A stretch of DNA of 64,000 nt from Corallochytrium limacisporum Hawaii. Lineage: Eukaryota; Protista; Pluriformea. The notes beneath the pieces are model-generated. The model did no database searches. It had not been told where the DNA came from and was given only the letters and a program-made list of their open reading frames with translations. The DNA lies in assembly GCA_002811645.1 (NCBI GenBank), contig PDIP01000040.1, positions 63,123 to 127,122 on the forward strand. Direction: 5' to 3'. The position numbers were made by a program, and so were the translations under genes. Positions 20,589 to 32,613 of this stretch are shown here, piece after piece. Within the stretch, counting starts at the first letter, position 1, and each line of letters starts with the position of its first letter.

Positions 20589-22598
20589 CTTGAGCGACAC
20601 ATGATATGATATCACAAGATCAGAAAAGATGTGGCAGAAATGTCGCAGGATCAGCTCGAAGGAAACACACGAACGACGGTCACCACGTCAAAAACAAACT
20701 TAAGCCACTGCACCAGCGATTTTCCTGCGGGGCTGCCCCGCATTCGAATATAACTGATAAACCTAATAAAATAATTAAAGTAATTGAGCGAAAGGGAGGG
20801 AGGGAGGGAGGGAGGGGGTGCACGGGTTCACTGCACACGAACCGGGGAGGTCGCCTCGGTCGGGCAAGTTCCGCGTTGGGCAGTGAACCCGCGGTGCCCC
20901 AATTTTTTTTTTGGGGCAGGAAGTTCAAAGTCACGCAGTGTGAGTGGCCAAGGGCGACGGGAGAACAAAAAATAGAAACCAAACGCAAGGAAACAATATT
21001 GGGCAAAAGCCATAGCCAAATATGAGAACTACAGGGAAGGGAAGTGAAGAGAGGGAGGGGGGGGGAGTAGAATTTTTTTCTGCAAGGGTCCGTCGTGCGG
21101 GAAGACACCGGGGACCGGGGCCGCAGAGCAGCTGCAGTTTTGGACGGCACGCACTGTCGCGCGGGCCACAGAGTAAGCCTGGGTCTTCGGTTCAAACTTC
21201 TCTTCCCGTTGCCAACCAAATTATGCGTAGTACTCTGAATCTTGTGGTATATTTGTATGGCTAACCGGAGTCGTGGCGGTGGCAGCACCAGTTCGAAAGG
21301 CAAGATGGGTACAAGTTCGACCCCCCCCCACCCTTGAAGATCGCTCCTCCTTGGTCCCGGGGCCTCTTTCCCTCTCCGTCCGCTGTTCCTGGGCGAGACA
21401 GGGTAGTTACACGCAGCGAAGAGGTGGCTGGCGAGACCGAACCCAAAGGCAGGGGGGGCACGGTGTGTTGGGAGTGCGTGTCAGAGGGAGAGTGTCCCTG
21501 CTTAAACAGTGGCGTTGTTTGGGGCGGCCGACCCTTTTCTGTGTGTTCTCTCTTTCTTTTCTTTTGGACAAGGGAGCGAGCGGGTTCGCAAAATAAAAAC
21601 CACCTACCCAAGAGAAGAAAAAATAGTGAAACCGGTTGCCCCACCCAAACGCGAACGACGGACAGTTAAGCGGAGGGAATTAGTTCGGGACAGTGGTCCC
21701 ATCGTATGGAAATGCTGATGAATATTACCAACGCATTTGGCACACGCAGCGCATCTTGCTCTGCACACTCTCGGTGTGCGTACTCGCACGAAAGGCAGGT
21801 AGACAGAAAGAAGGGAAAGAAAACCCTTTCGATCCTTTTTTTGGACCCTCCGGGCCTGTCTGTCCTTTGGCCCGAGGCCCTGACGTGGACTCCTTCCCTG
21901 AGAGACAGAGAGAGAGAAAGAGAGAGGGGGAGGCGGGTCTGTTGGCGCGCCTGATGGGGGGGGGGGGGACCCCAAAAATCTTTCTAATCGGGGGCCCCGT
22001 TCCGTCGGTTGGAGGTCGAGGCGGTGGGAAAACATAGGGGAAAGGGGAGGGGGGGGGTGAGAGACAGTAGAGCCCCGTTGAATGCCCTGGACTCGCGAAT
22101 TACGGGAGATGTTGCGATGCGGTAGCGTGTTTCGGGAGTACCCAGAGAGATCACCCCGAAGGTGACAAGAATCTCCATATCCATCGTTCGATGTAAATGT
22201 GCAGCAGTGATAGCCTACCCAGCTGGCTTGCTGCTGGGTTTTTGCGGGAGGCCCATTTTGCTACCAATACGCGGTGGTCCCCTGCTGCGTAGGATGAGAA
22301 CCCCGTGCTTGGTGCCGTGAGCTGACTATAGCGCGCACACTTTTAGACGTGTTTGACCGCGATGGGCTTCAGCCATGGGATCAGCGGAAGCTCACATGAT
22401 TGTTTTGATGCTGATCGAGACGTGATTGAAACTATGTTTAGCACCTGGGTGACGGTGCAAGTAACCATCGAGTTTGACGCGTCCTAGACGCACTGCGCTT
22501 GCGGCAGAGTATTTCAGGATCGCTAACTCTCCGCTTCAGTTGCTGCGGGCTCTCAATGTGCATCACATGTAAAATAGCACACAGTACACAGTATCACC

Positions 22599-24284
22599 AT
22601 GTTGTTAGCACTAGTCACGTTCGTGGCCCTGCCGGTGGCCATTCCGCTGCTGCCGGTCATTGTTCTCAGCTCAATATTCTTCGGCACCCGGGCCACTTTG
22701 CGGTGGCCACTCCTGGCCATCGTCGGGGCAGCAACTTGCCTGGACCTGGCCGTGTATTTCATGATCCGGTATGTTGTCTTGTTTTTGGAATGGTCATTGA
22801 TGAACCGCCCCTTCTGCAAGATTCGCGGAGCTTGCCAAGATGCACAGACCTACGACGAATGGGTAAAGGCCGCACGGGAGGCCGACCGTGTCACCGGGTG
22901 GGAGAGTTTCAAGAAGGATCCCCACAGTGAATACTACAACTGGCGTCTGATCGATAAGATGATTGCCGACATCCGGGAATGTCAAGAGCAGGAGGACGTG
23001 GAGCGACTGCAGATTTTGCTGAGCAATTGTTTGCACAAAAATTTTGGTGGTATTCTCAATGAGCCTCTCTACCAGGAAACGCATATTGGCACTAAGTATA
23101 TCATCGAAGAATTCGTCACGGAGGTGAACAAGGCCTTAAAGTACGTTGAAAAGGCCCCAGAGGCTCTAATCAAGAATAAGGACAAGCAGAAGTTCCTGAA
23201 ACACGCACGCATGACCTTCGGCCGCACTGCACTGTGCTTGAGTGGTGGTGGTGGTTTGGGTCACTACCATTTTGGAATGGTTAGGGCCATGCTCGAGGCT
23301 GGCTGTCTGCCTCATATCCTTTCGGGTACCTCCGCGGGTGCTGTGGTTTGCGCTGTTCTCGGTACGCGTACTGATGAGGAACTGTTGGAGACTCTGAAGC
23401 CGGAAATGTACGAGAACATGACCTGCTTCAACGACTCATACGCGGATCGCATCAGCAACTTGTGGAAGTACGGGACTCTGTTTAACCCTAACATCTGGCT
23501 TGAGAAGATCAAGTGGCATGCCAGTGGAAACATGACTTTCCTGGAGGCTTACGAGAAGACTGGACGCATCATTAACCTGACGGCCACACCTTCCGGCAAC
23601 AGTCGCCCACCTTTGCTAATGAACTACCTGCTGACCCCTCACGTCACCATCGGCAGTGCTGTGGTGGCCAGTAGCGCCGTCCCTGGGCTTGTACCGTCGG
23701 TCAATCTGCTTGAAAAGGATTCCAAGGGTAATCTACGGCCGTATCATGGTGATGACACTATGTGGCGTGACGGTGCCTTCACAACTGACCTACCTCTTCA
23801 GGCGTTGGGTGAAATGTTCAATGTGTCATACTTTATTGTCTCCCAGCTGAATCCCCACATTGCACCCTTCTTCTACAACAGCCGTGGAGAGGCTGGCGGG
23901 CCCAGTGTGTGGCGTAAGCATAGCGGTGGCTGGCGTGGAGGTTTCCTTTTGAGTGCTATGGAGCTGTACTTGAAAGAAGACATGCGCCGGAACATGCGCG
24001 TATTGGGTGCTCTCGATCTGCTTCCTGCCATGTTCGGATTCAGTTGGAGCCTAGTATTCCTGCAAGATTTTGAGGGCAATCTAACCATGGTACCACCACT
24101 CCGCATTCGGGACTATCTGCGCATCATTTCGGATCCGACCTACGAAGACGAGGCACACTACTTGCATCAGGGCGAGCTGGTCGCATGGCAGAAGATGTCG
24201 TTGCTCAAGAACCGCATCTCCATCGGACAACAGCTTGTCATGTCCATGCGTGCTGTTGGTCTACCTAGCGATGATCCTATGTAA
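22599..24284 (+). CDS. Patatin-like triacylglycerol lipase (TGL3/4/5 / SDP1-like)
   Basis: 561-aa ORF; FGRTALCLSGGG oxyanion motif, GTSAG nucleophile, WRDGA catalytic Asp, LGEMFNVSYFIVSQLNPHIAPF; gctaac..ttCAG branch/acceptor upstream near 22539. Confidence 0.92.
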   Translation: MLLALVTFVALPVAIPLLPVIVLSSIFFGTRATLRWPLLAIVGAATCLDLAVYFMIRYVVLFLEWSLMNRPFCKIRGACQDAQTYDEWVKAAREADRVTGWESFKKDPHSEYYNWRLIDKMIADIRECQEQEDVERLQILLSNCLHKNFGGILNEPLYQETHIGTKYIIEEFVTEVNKALKYVEKAPEALIKNKDKQKFLKHARMTFGRTALCLSGGGGLGHYHFGMVRAMLEAGCLPHILSGTSAGAVVCAVLGTRTDEELLETLKPEMYENMTCFNDSYADRISNLWKYGTLFNPNIWLEKIKWHASGNMTFLEAYEKTGRIINLTATPSGNSRPPLLMNYLLTPHVTIGSAVVASSAVPGLVPSVNLLEKDSKGNLRPYHGDDTMWRDGAFTTDLPLQALGEMFNVSYFIVSQLNPHIAPFFYNSRGEAGGPSVWRKHSGGWRGGFLLSAMELYLKEDMRRNMRVLGALDLLPAMFGFSWSLVFLQDFEGNLTMVPPLRIRDYLRIISDPTYEDEAHYLHQGELVAWQKMSLLKNRISIGQQLVMSMRAVGLPSDDPM

Positions 24285-24880
24285 GTGGGATGTAGTCAAG
24301 TTCCGGGAAACCATCACAGTGACGCTGCACCGTGCACCATAGCATCATAAAATGGAAGACAGAACGAAGTAAGTTCACGACACTGCATGCTCTGCAAAAC
24401 GAGGGCCATTAAAGAATGCACAAAAAACCCAAAGAATAACGTGTACATATCCATAAACACTCTAGTTCACAGCTATAACATCCCTTTGTCCGTCTGAACA
24501 GGCTCCGAGGCGCTGCTCCCAGTTTTTCTTGACCTTAACCCCCTGCCAGGGGGGGCCTCCGCCGGCCCCCCCTCCCCTCTTCGTGCCCTTTGCAAGGTGA
24601 CCTGCTGCGCGTGGAGAGACCGCAGGGAAGCCTTCGTGGGGCGCCAAAACTGTTAAGGCATTGTTGGCTATTTCCAGTGACTCAACGATGGGATTTTGAA
24701 TTTAATCTTCCATTGTTTGTATGTCTATTTGTTAGTGATACTATCATTTAGTGAGTATTTTGTTGTAAACCATAGGTTTCTTATCGATGTATGGAAGTAT
24801 GTAGCGAAATGATTTGAGAAACAAGCAACCACGGAAAGGCTATAGTAGGCTTAGTTGGTGATTAATTGCGTCATTTCACC

Positions 24881-26539
24881 ATGGCTGAGTCGGAAACACG
24901 GGAGCGGTTGTTTGCAGCAGCAGATCACCCTCTGAAGAATTACACACCTGGGCATCTGGAACTGGTCACGCGAACGACGGGACAATTAATAGACGCACAG
25001 AGATGGTTCCTGACCCATGCACAACAGATCATGTTAGAATTTTCTGTGGACCAGAACGCATTGAACATTGTGCAGCCTTGTTTGTCAACGAACCTAGCAG
25101 GAAAGGATATGCGAAACAAATTGAAAGCATTAATTCAGAAGATTGTGGACAAATACCCTGCGTCTGTTCCTGAAAGCGTGTCTATTCTGTTGGATCCATC
25201 AAAGGAGCAGGAACTGCAAGGATTCGTCACCCATATGATCAATGAAGGATTATTCACTGTGATTAGGGCACTAGTCGAGATGTTCTTCGAAAAGATTAAC
25301 GCCTTAGTTAAACACGACGAAGAAATGAACAAGGTTCCAGAGGCCAGTCGGATTATGAAGATTCGAGAAAGAATGCTCGGTGGCGAAGACATCATGGTAG
25401 CTTTTGGTTCCCTTACTAGCAACGAGACCATCTACGGACATCTGCAGTTCTCCACTCAGATTCCATACTTGATCCTTGTCTGGAACCACGTACTGCATAT
25501 GCAGGATTTTTTGAACCATACTCTGTCGTCCGTCAATCTCTTCCCACTGAAGATGAATCCCAAGGTTACAGGTGAACGCGGCCCGCTGTACTTCTACCGC
25601 AATCAACCGACTATGGCCAGTGATGTGGAAGTCAGGACGCACATTGCCGCTATGCCGGGTGATCGTTTGATGTCCAAGGCACTCTCGGAGCCACCCCTGT
25701 GCCGTAGTCCACTGATGCCACAGAGCTATACAGGGCTTTTGCTCGGAGACACCCCAGGTGCTCTCGGAGAACACACAACGGCAGAACGTGACGATGGCCG
25801 TGGTGGTTCTGAGCCCTACGGCGAAGAATTTGCAATGAACCTGCTGATTCTCAAAGCGAAAATGCACGTGTATGCGCAACGGGCGATGCTAGAAAACGTC
25901 GATCCAGAGGTGCTGAGCTACCTGGCAGCATGCATTGATGACCAGCTGCGGGAAATATTTGAGGCCCTTGGGCACATTAGTAATCACAGAGAGGAACGTC
26001 TCAAGGAAGTGTATGATAACAAGGTGGTCAGTGATCCACGTGCGCAATTGCAGCTCTACAATGACCGCGAAGCTGCCATTCAAAAGTCACAGAACGAACA
26101 GTTGCATCGTCGGAAACTGCAGGCCACCGCCGGGGAGGCCGGTCCTGCCACTGGGACTAAGGCAGGTCCCTCTAAGGCCGACAAGGCCAAGTTGGACTCA
26201 CTGAAAAGCATGCTCAGCGTCGGACGAAAGCGTAAGAAACCTGAACCGTCACCTCGGAAGAACACAAGTGCCATGCCTGGCGTTTCGCGCTTGAACGGCG
26301 TACCCCAGGCCTCTACACGCACTAGCGGACGGGGCAGCGCCAGTGGCACCGCCCGTGTCTCCCGTATCCGCACCGTGGACCTAACCTTCATGATGCAACA
26401 CAACCGCTACTGGCGCAAGTCTCCGATCCTCTACGAGGCGCTCCAGGCCAGTCCGTTCAATGCCATGCCGCTACCGGGAAGCGGCGGAACGAATCGTGGG
26501 GCTTCGAGTGGCATTCCGGCGTTCGGGTCGACCGTGTAA
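24881..26539 (+). CDS. TAF4: TFIID subunit TAF4-like protein
   Basis: Histone-fold segment (VDPEVLSYLAACIDDQLREIFEAL..SDPRAQL) and conserved C-terminal RIRTVDLTFMM..SPILYEAL; first ATG at 24881. Confidence 0.75.
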   Translation: MAESETRERLFAAADHPLKNYTPGHLELVTRTTGQLIDAQRWFLTHAQQIMLEFSVDQNALNIVQPCLSTNLAGKDMRNKLKALIQKIVDKYPASVPESVSILLDPSKEQELQGFVTHMINEGLFTVIRALVEMFFEKINALVKHDEEMNKVPEASRIMKIRERMLGGEDIMVAFGSLTSNETIYGHLQFSTQIPYLILVWNHVLHMQDFLNHTLSSVNLFPLKMNPKVTGERGPLYFYRNQPTMASDVEVRTHIAAMPGDRLMSKALSEPPLCRSPLMPQSYTGLLLGDTPGALGEHTTAERDDGRGGSEPYGEEFAMNLLILKAKMHVYAQRAMLENVDPEVLSYLAACIDDQLREIFEALGHISNHREERLKEVYDNKVVSDPRAQLQLYNDREAAIQKSQNEQLHRRKLQATAGEAGPATGTKAGPSKADKAKLDSLKSMLSVGRKRKKPEPSPRKNTSAMPGVSRLNGVPQASTRTSGRGSASGTARVSRIRTVDLTFMMQHNRYWRKSPILYEALQASPFNAMPLPGSGGTNRGASSGIPAFGSTV

Positions 26540-26835
26540 CACCCAGGCCCTCCCTCTCCCCTCTCTCAAGGGTCCGGCGGTATTTCGGCGCCAAATTTCC
26601 AAAACGGCCCCCACCACCTCCTCTCTCCTCTCCCCCAATCCCCACCCTCCGTCGCCTTCGTGCGGGTGGTGGGTCTGTTGGTGACCGTCGACTGGATTAT
26701 CCTTCGGTGTTTGAGATGGAGGCCGGCATGGTATTTGTACATACCGTACGGAATTATTATCATGTGCACTTACATAAAAAACTGATACAGCACGATTAAA
26801 TTTGCAAAAATAAGTTTGATCTTTTCAGGGGAAAG

Positions 26836-28332
26836 ATGCCGCAGGTGGCTGGCCAGGGACGGGCCATCGGCCAGGAGATTCATACAAGCACGGTAGAGCT
26901 GCTTGAACTACTGAAGCGTCAGAGGGCAGTACTCGAGGGCTTAAACTCAGGTACTGATTCTGCAGTTGAGTTTGTAGGCCAGGGCGAGAATGTAGTTTCT
27001 ATCAGCCAGCAAGGGACGAATGAGCAACCGCGGCCATTGCAGTCGGAGGAGGACTTTGATGCGAAATATGCACGAATAATTAAAGACAAAGACACACTGA
27101 TAAAGGCACAGACAGAAGAAATCACTGCACTGAACAAAAATCTGGACAAAATTCAGGGATCGATGCAGCGGGCCACTTACCTGGTCAATGCCCTTGAGGA
27201 GGAAAAGAAGGAAGCGGTTGCTGAAGCAAGAGAATGGAAACGGCTTTACGAAGCCGAGGAACAGAAGACGAAGCAGGAAGTGGAGAATATGGAACATTTA
27301 CAGAAACGTGTGGTGCTACTGTCCGAGGCTTTGGATCGCTTGGAGGACAAGAAACGTTCGCAACGCAAGGAGAACAAGCGCCCAACGACGGTTACCCGCG
27401 GAATCCAGGTCACAGTTCCGTTCGCGGATCCCATCTCGCAAGAGATGTCCCTGGAACTCAAGTACAGTCCTCAAAACGAGTCGATAGATGAAATAGCTGT
27501 CGACAAACGGCAGGTGGCGACCGATTTTAAGAGGGAACTGGACCAACTGAGGCAGTTCATGGAAACCACACTGGCCAGCATTCCCCCGGAGGAAGGGGAC
27601 CTTGACAACACTGCAGGAGCCCCAAAATCAGGCGCTCAAGCAGCGGGTAATCTGTCCTTGAACCTCCCGGTTACAGAAGCCGAAAAGGCTGTGGATTCTG
27701 CAGAGCACTGTCTGAGCAAGAGTATGGTCACAGATCCTTCAACATTCAAGACACCGGATATCGTGGCCAAGTTCTCTAAAGTCAGACCGACCATTCCTGA
27801 AACCCCCGAATCTCCGCAGGAATTCCAGCCATCGGACAATGCCTTAGTTGAGCTCAACGATTTGTTCAACCGCGCCGGGACCGTGACCCCTCGAGATGCA
27901 TCTCCGCTGACCACTGCCAGGAGCAATGTGTCACAGTTATCAGTATTCACAACCAGCAGCAACACGCAGACTCATCTGCCCGCAGTGACGGACATCTTCC
28001 GCAAATTGATGGCAGAACAGAAACCAAAGAAGAAAATCAGCAAGAAGACGATCCGAGCACCGGCTTTGCCGCAACAGAAACTGCCGTCCAAGAAGGGAAG
28101 GCCTGCAAATGCGAAAACAAACGACGAAAATGCCAAGCCGGCAACCAAGAAACAGAATATCAAAGCACAACAGCTGCAGAAGGGCAGCGCCATCCACAAG
28201 ACAACGAGCACTGCTGCCAAACCGAAGACAACCAGCGGCAACGCTACCCGTCGGCATGCCCTTCAACCCCGCCAGTCCGGCAATCAGCACCAGCAACAAC
28301 AGGCACCGGTTGCCACATTGACCTGGGTGTAA
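26836..28332 (+). CDS. Uncharacterised coiled-coil protein with basic low-complexity C-terminus
   Basis: 498-aa ORF; E/K/Q-rich heptads in the N-terminal half; ttttCAG acceptor 7 nt before ATG. Confidence 0.75.
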   Translation: MPQVAGQGRAIGQEIHTSTVELLELLKRQRAVLEGLNSGTDSAVEFVGQGENVVSISQQGTNEQPRPLQSEEDFDAKYARIIKDKDTLIKAQTEEITALNKNLDKIQGSMQRATYLVNALEEEKKEAVAEAREWKRLYEAEEQKTKQEVENMEHLQKRVVLLSEALDRLEDKKRSQRKENKRPTTVTRGIQVTVPFADPISQEMSLELKYSPQNESIDEIAVDKRQVATDFKRELDQLRQFMETTLASIPPEEGDLDNTAGAPKSGAQAAGNLSLNLPVTEAEKAVDSAEHCLSKSMVTDPSTFKTPDIVAKFSKVRPTIPETPESPQEFQPSDNALVELNDLFNRAGTVTPRDASPLTTARSNVSQLSVFTTSSNTQTHLPAVTDIFRKLMAEQKPKKKISKKTIRAPALPQQKLPSKKGRPANAKTNDENAKPATKKQNIKAQQLQKGSAIHKTTSTAAKPKTTSGNATRRHALQPRQSGNQHQQQQAPVATLTWV

Positions 28333-30735
28333 CGGAGCGAGCGGAGCCGTGCCGCTTAACAAGGGGAGTCTGTTTTAAGTTCGCAGTCATACCCAAGGGA
28401 TCCCGTGTCCCGGCACCTCACCCCCCCCCCTTCCCCCGTCCGAACCCGGTACGGAGGCGGGCCGACCAGATTATCAGTACCACTAGAACACCAGTCGAAC
28501 TGTTTTCTCCCACTCTTCGATTAACATATTCGGTCACCCCTTTTACCCTTTTGTAACGGACCTGTTCCCCCTTTTACCGTTGAACACAGTGGTGATGATT
28601 TCAATTTTCTGCTCTCTGGTGCCCCTGACGTTAGTCAGCCGTGGAGCCCTCACGGACGCGCCCCCAGGCGGGCCATTTTTTTGGGCTTTCAGTTGCCTCC
28701 TTCCTCCCTCCCCGGTGTGGTTGGGGGGGGGGGGGAAGTGCCTTTGTTTTGGGTTTGGTGTCTCGCGCGCCGGAGACAGCGGCAGGGGTGTGTGTTCAGG
28801 CTTTTGTCCCAGAAGAGAGACAGATATTGAAAACAATGAAAGAATACCGCCTAAAAGGAATGAGGGAACACACTCGGGGTGATGGGCAGGAAGAGATGGT
28901 ATCGACACTGGCGGGACGTAGCCGCCCAGAGTCAAGGAAAGGGTAGGGGGAGGGAGGTGGAAGGAGTCAACACGCTCGGTTGGCCCGTTGCTGTTGTGTT
29001 ATGTCTACGGGATCAACCTCTCTCCCCAATTAGGACCCGCTATTTGGCCAGTGGCGTTGTGAGCGTGCCTCTCTGCTCCGTGAGTTTCTTTCCCATATAT
29101 TATGTATGTGACCTTGGGAATGTAACAGCAATAGGATATCATGCAGAGTTTTGGTAAGCAAGTAGCCCTGCTGCTTTTGTGTGGATCCCCTTCCTGGCGA
29201 AATTAATCACCATACATTTGCTATTGACATGCACGAAGGGAGACGTTGGACCTTTGGCCGTGGGACGAAGGAACCGCAGGGAGAGCCGGGGGGGAAGAGG
29301 GGGGCAGGCCGATCTGCGTGAACCAACAAACGCACACTCTCTCCCAGCACAAAGACACACGCACAGAGACACAGGAGTAGACACAGGAGTCGTCCTGGAG
29401 AAAAGTTCCATATGCTCCAACGCCTGTTCTTTGCCCGGACAACCCGAAGGAATGCCATCGCCCACCGTGCTGCCCCATTCCACGCTGGCGTTGGGGGTGT
29501 GCATTCTTAGCGAAATCATCGGGAGGTAGTAGCTGAAGTTTCCATAGTTCGACAACCGGCCTTCGTTCCACAATTTCCGTACTCAACGTACGTCCGAAAA
29601 GGACGGGCTTCACGAGAAGTTCGACCCAAGGTACGGGGCAGCGTGCCATTTTTGGTCGCATTGGATGCCTCGATTGCATGCTTCCGTTCGTCCTTGTTCC
29701 TTCTTTTAACATTTAATACATTTAATATGGAACCGGACGAAAGTAAAGAGCGGCGGATCCCTGGCAGCGCGTGTCCGTGTGTACAACCAAGTGCGATTCA
29801 TTTTTGGCGCTGCCAAGCGGTGGACGCCAGGGGAGAGTAAGGAAAACCTTTGGGCGAATGTGTGGCCCGAGTGCATACTCACTCCCCAGTCTGTTTCTTG
29901 GTAGTTTGGCCAGTAGTGGGCATTCGGCACACGCTCCGGTGTGCCACCTACCTTCTCACCGCAAAGGGGGCTTGAACTACGCCAAAGTGCTGAATTTCCT
30001 GTGCATAACTCCGTGGCCAATGTCCCGTGATGTACGGTAGGGCGCAAGGTTGACCGACTTCTTGACCTGGCCCTGGCCCCTCCCCCGTGTTTCCTATTTC
30101 TTTTTTTTTTTTTGGTTGCTGCTGCCGGAAACTGCTACAGAACAAGTTCTTCCTTACTCCTCCCCTCCTTCCATTTCTTTCACCCGTCACGTAGACAAGG
30201 CCAGTGTATGGTTCGGAATCGGGGCGCACCGGTACTCGAGCCCTACGGCCGCGGAAAGGAGTGTGTGTGGTTGTGGCGATCCATTTCCCTCAGTATTGTG
30301 ACGCGGTGTTTGTTTCGGGCAGGAGCACGGGTCTCTTGCTCTGCTTTCAGACCGAGGATTGCGATGAATGGAATGGCTGGAACGAACGGGAAGCAATATG
30401 GACCCTGGTGTTTCGGTCTACTTACGGAGACAATTCACGCGATGATATTGGTGGTGTGTGGTTTGAAGGCCTCTTTACCTACTGAAGAGTACTGAGGGTA
30501 CTTCGGACTTGGTGGACAGGAACAGTAAACAGAATCAATACGAGCTGTACAAGACAGGAACTGGGACAAAAACCAGTTGTGACAAAGGCTTGAGTTCTTT
30601 TCGTAAACACCCCCTTTTTAAGGTTAGACTCCAGTGGGACATGCAGTAAGGTCCTCTGCGACATACCACAGATTGTTACTATTGGTTTCTTTAAAGTTTG
30701 CCGGTTTGTATAAAGAGTGGAACCACCCTTCGACT

Positions 30736-32613
30736 ATGAGTCGCTACCAGAGGCTCAACACAGAGGAGCCCAACGGCCTTCACATCTCTATGGGTGGTGA
30801 TGGACGGCGCGGCATGGCCCGTGCGGCTCGGCATAGCATCGGTGGGGTCCACCGCAGTACGATTCTCCGTATCGGTGGTGGTTTGTTGGCTGTAATCGCT
30901 CTCTACACCGTGGTACGCTCTTTCTCAAGCGACTCTGGTCCCACGGGAGCTCAGGGCATGGACCACAATGGTCCCCCCGGATGGGAGGCTGAGGCTGACC
31001 GCCAGAGGTGTTCGGAAATGCTTGGTGTGACAGGTCCTGGTGAGATGGTTCAGACCGAGACCACGACCTCGACCGAGGTCACGACCTCTACCGAGACCCA
31101 GACCGAGACCACGACCCAGACCGAGACCACGACCATTAATGATAAAGAGACCGCGACCACCGGTGCTGGGGCTGGCACTCCGGCTCGTTTCGATTTGGAC
31201 TGGAACGGTGGCAACGGTCCCCTGAAAAAGTTGAGGATCAAGGAGGTGTATCCGGATGCCAAACATCCTCGGGATTCCCGTGCCTTTTTATGGGATAATG
31301 ATCCGGTCAAGATGCGTATCTGCCAGTACTATGATGTCTGTATCAGGAATCAGTCTGGAGAGCAGTTGCTGATCATGCACATGGAGAACGAGGGCGTGCG
31401 GGACGATTACAGAGCCGTGGCAGAAAACTGCAATGCGCCAGGTGCTAAGAAGCTTCCGCAATGCAAGTGTTTTCAGGGTAACCTGATACAGACTTTTGTC
31501 AGCGCGAAGGAAGTGAACGATTTATACAGGGACAAGAAACTGGTATACCAACCGGGACATACCTTCCTAGTCGATACTTTCACCCCCAAGCACAACTTCG
31601 GACATTGGTTCGAAAAAATGGGTCAGGTCTGGACCATTCTACACAAGTATAAGGATGAGTATGACCTGGGTGAGGTGGATCAGCTTTTCTTCGATAAGGA
31701 CTCGGAGCCAGACTCAGATTCTTTTAAGAACCTCTATGACTTCGCCATGAGTGAGGCCGAACTGGAGAATGTACCAAAGCTTTGGGAAGGGGAAATTAAG
31801 GAACGTGACACTGGTATCTGCTTTGAAAAGATTTCCATGCCGTGGACCCCTTCGAAGACCACGGGTCCGGATGACATGGGTTTCCTCAAAAGTGCGCTCT
31901 TGGAGTTCTTGAAGATCGAACCCAAGAAGCATGAGGAAAGACCTGATGCCGTATTGCTGTACCGTACTCAGTCTCAAGGTGAAAGAATTACGGGCGCCCG
32001 TCGTATGAAAAATCAGGACGAGGTCATGAAAATCATGGAGGAATACGGATACAACGTGCGCAGTGAGACCATCAACGAAAATACCCCTTTCGTCGAGCAG
32101 GCACGCCTCTTTGCTGATACTCCGCTGATTGTGTCTAGTCACAGCAGTCAGTTGCTCAACATGGCATTTGGTCAAGAGAACTACCAGGTGATTGAATCCG
32201 TGCCCATTATTCTCAACATGGACTTCAAAGAATTGGCAGTAGAGAGTGGTTTGAACTACTACTACGCCATTGCCGGGGTCAATGGCATGGATTTAGAAAG
32301 AGACCCGATAGACGGTTACATTGAGGAGTGTGTCGATGAGTGGCTGAAACTGGGACCTGAGGACTATGACGCCTACCGCGCTATCTTTGAAAAAGAGGTT
32401 TGCAACAAGAACAAGACCCCAAAATTATTCGACTACTGGCTCGAGATCAAACAGGGAGACTTTAATGCCAACTTGGACAATGTTGAGCATGCGATCGCCC
32501 TGGCCACTGCTCGGCTCAAGAAAGCCTTTGGAGATGAATTTGTCAAGGGCAAGCCTAACAGTCCTTACACGTTCGACCTCGAGACGCCGGATGATGGAAA
32601 CCCGGACGCGTAG
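30736..32613 (+). CDS. GT61-like type II membrane glycosyltransferase with Thr-rich stem
   Basis: First ATG 30736; TM anchor, HNFGHWFE, ICFEK, RRMKNQDEV, FVEQARLF..LIVSSHSSQLLNMAF..VIE, typical of GT61 (DUF563)-like enzymes. Confidence 0.75.
   Translation: MSRYQRLNTEEPNGLHISMGGDGRRGMARAARHSIGGVHRSTILRIGGGLLAVIALYTVVRSFSSDSGPTGAQGMDHNGPPGWEAEADRQRCSEMLGVTGPGEMVQTETTTSTEVTTSTETQTETTTQTETTTINDKETATTGAGAGTPARFDLDWNGGNGPLKKLRIKEVYPDAKHPRDSRAFLWDNDPVKMRICQYYDVCIRNQSGEQLLIMHMENEGVRDDYRAVAENCNAPGAKKLPQCKCFQGNLIQTFVSAKEVNDLYRDKKLVYQPGHTFLVDTFTPKHNFGHWFEKMGQVWTILHKYKDEYDLGEVDQLFFDKDSEPDSDSFKNLYDFAMSEAELENVPKLWEGEIKERDTGICFEKISMPWTPSKTTGPDDMGFLKSALLEFLKIEPKKHEERPDAVLLYRTQSQGERITGARRMKNQDEVMKIMEEYGYNVRSETINENTPFVEQARLFADTPLIVSSHSSQLLNMAFGQENYQVIESVPIILNMDFKELAVESGLNYYYAIAGVNGMDLERDPIDGYIEECVDEWLKLGPEDYDAYRAIFEKEVCNKNKTPKLFDYWLEIKQGDFNANLDNVEHAIALATARLKKAFGDEFVKGKPNSPYTFDLETPDDGNPDA
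31051..31134 (+). repeat. Imperfect 18-nt coding tandem repeat (xTETTT stem)
   Basis: cagaccgagaccacgacc-like units encoding QTETTTSTEVTTSTETQTETTTQTETTT. Confidence 0.8.

Noticed and set aside
21265-21330. GTTCGA T-loop-like strings
   Set aside because: No cloverleaf (acceptor, D or anticodon stems) can be built
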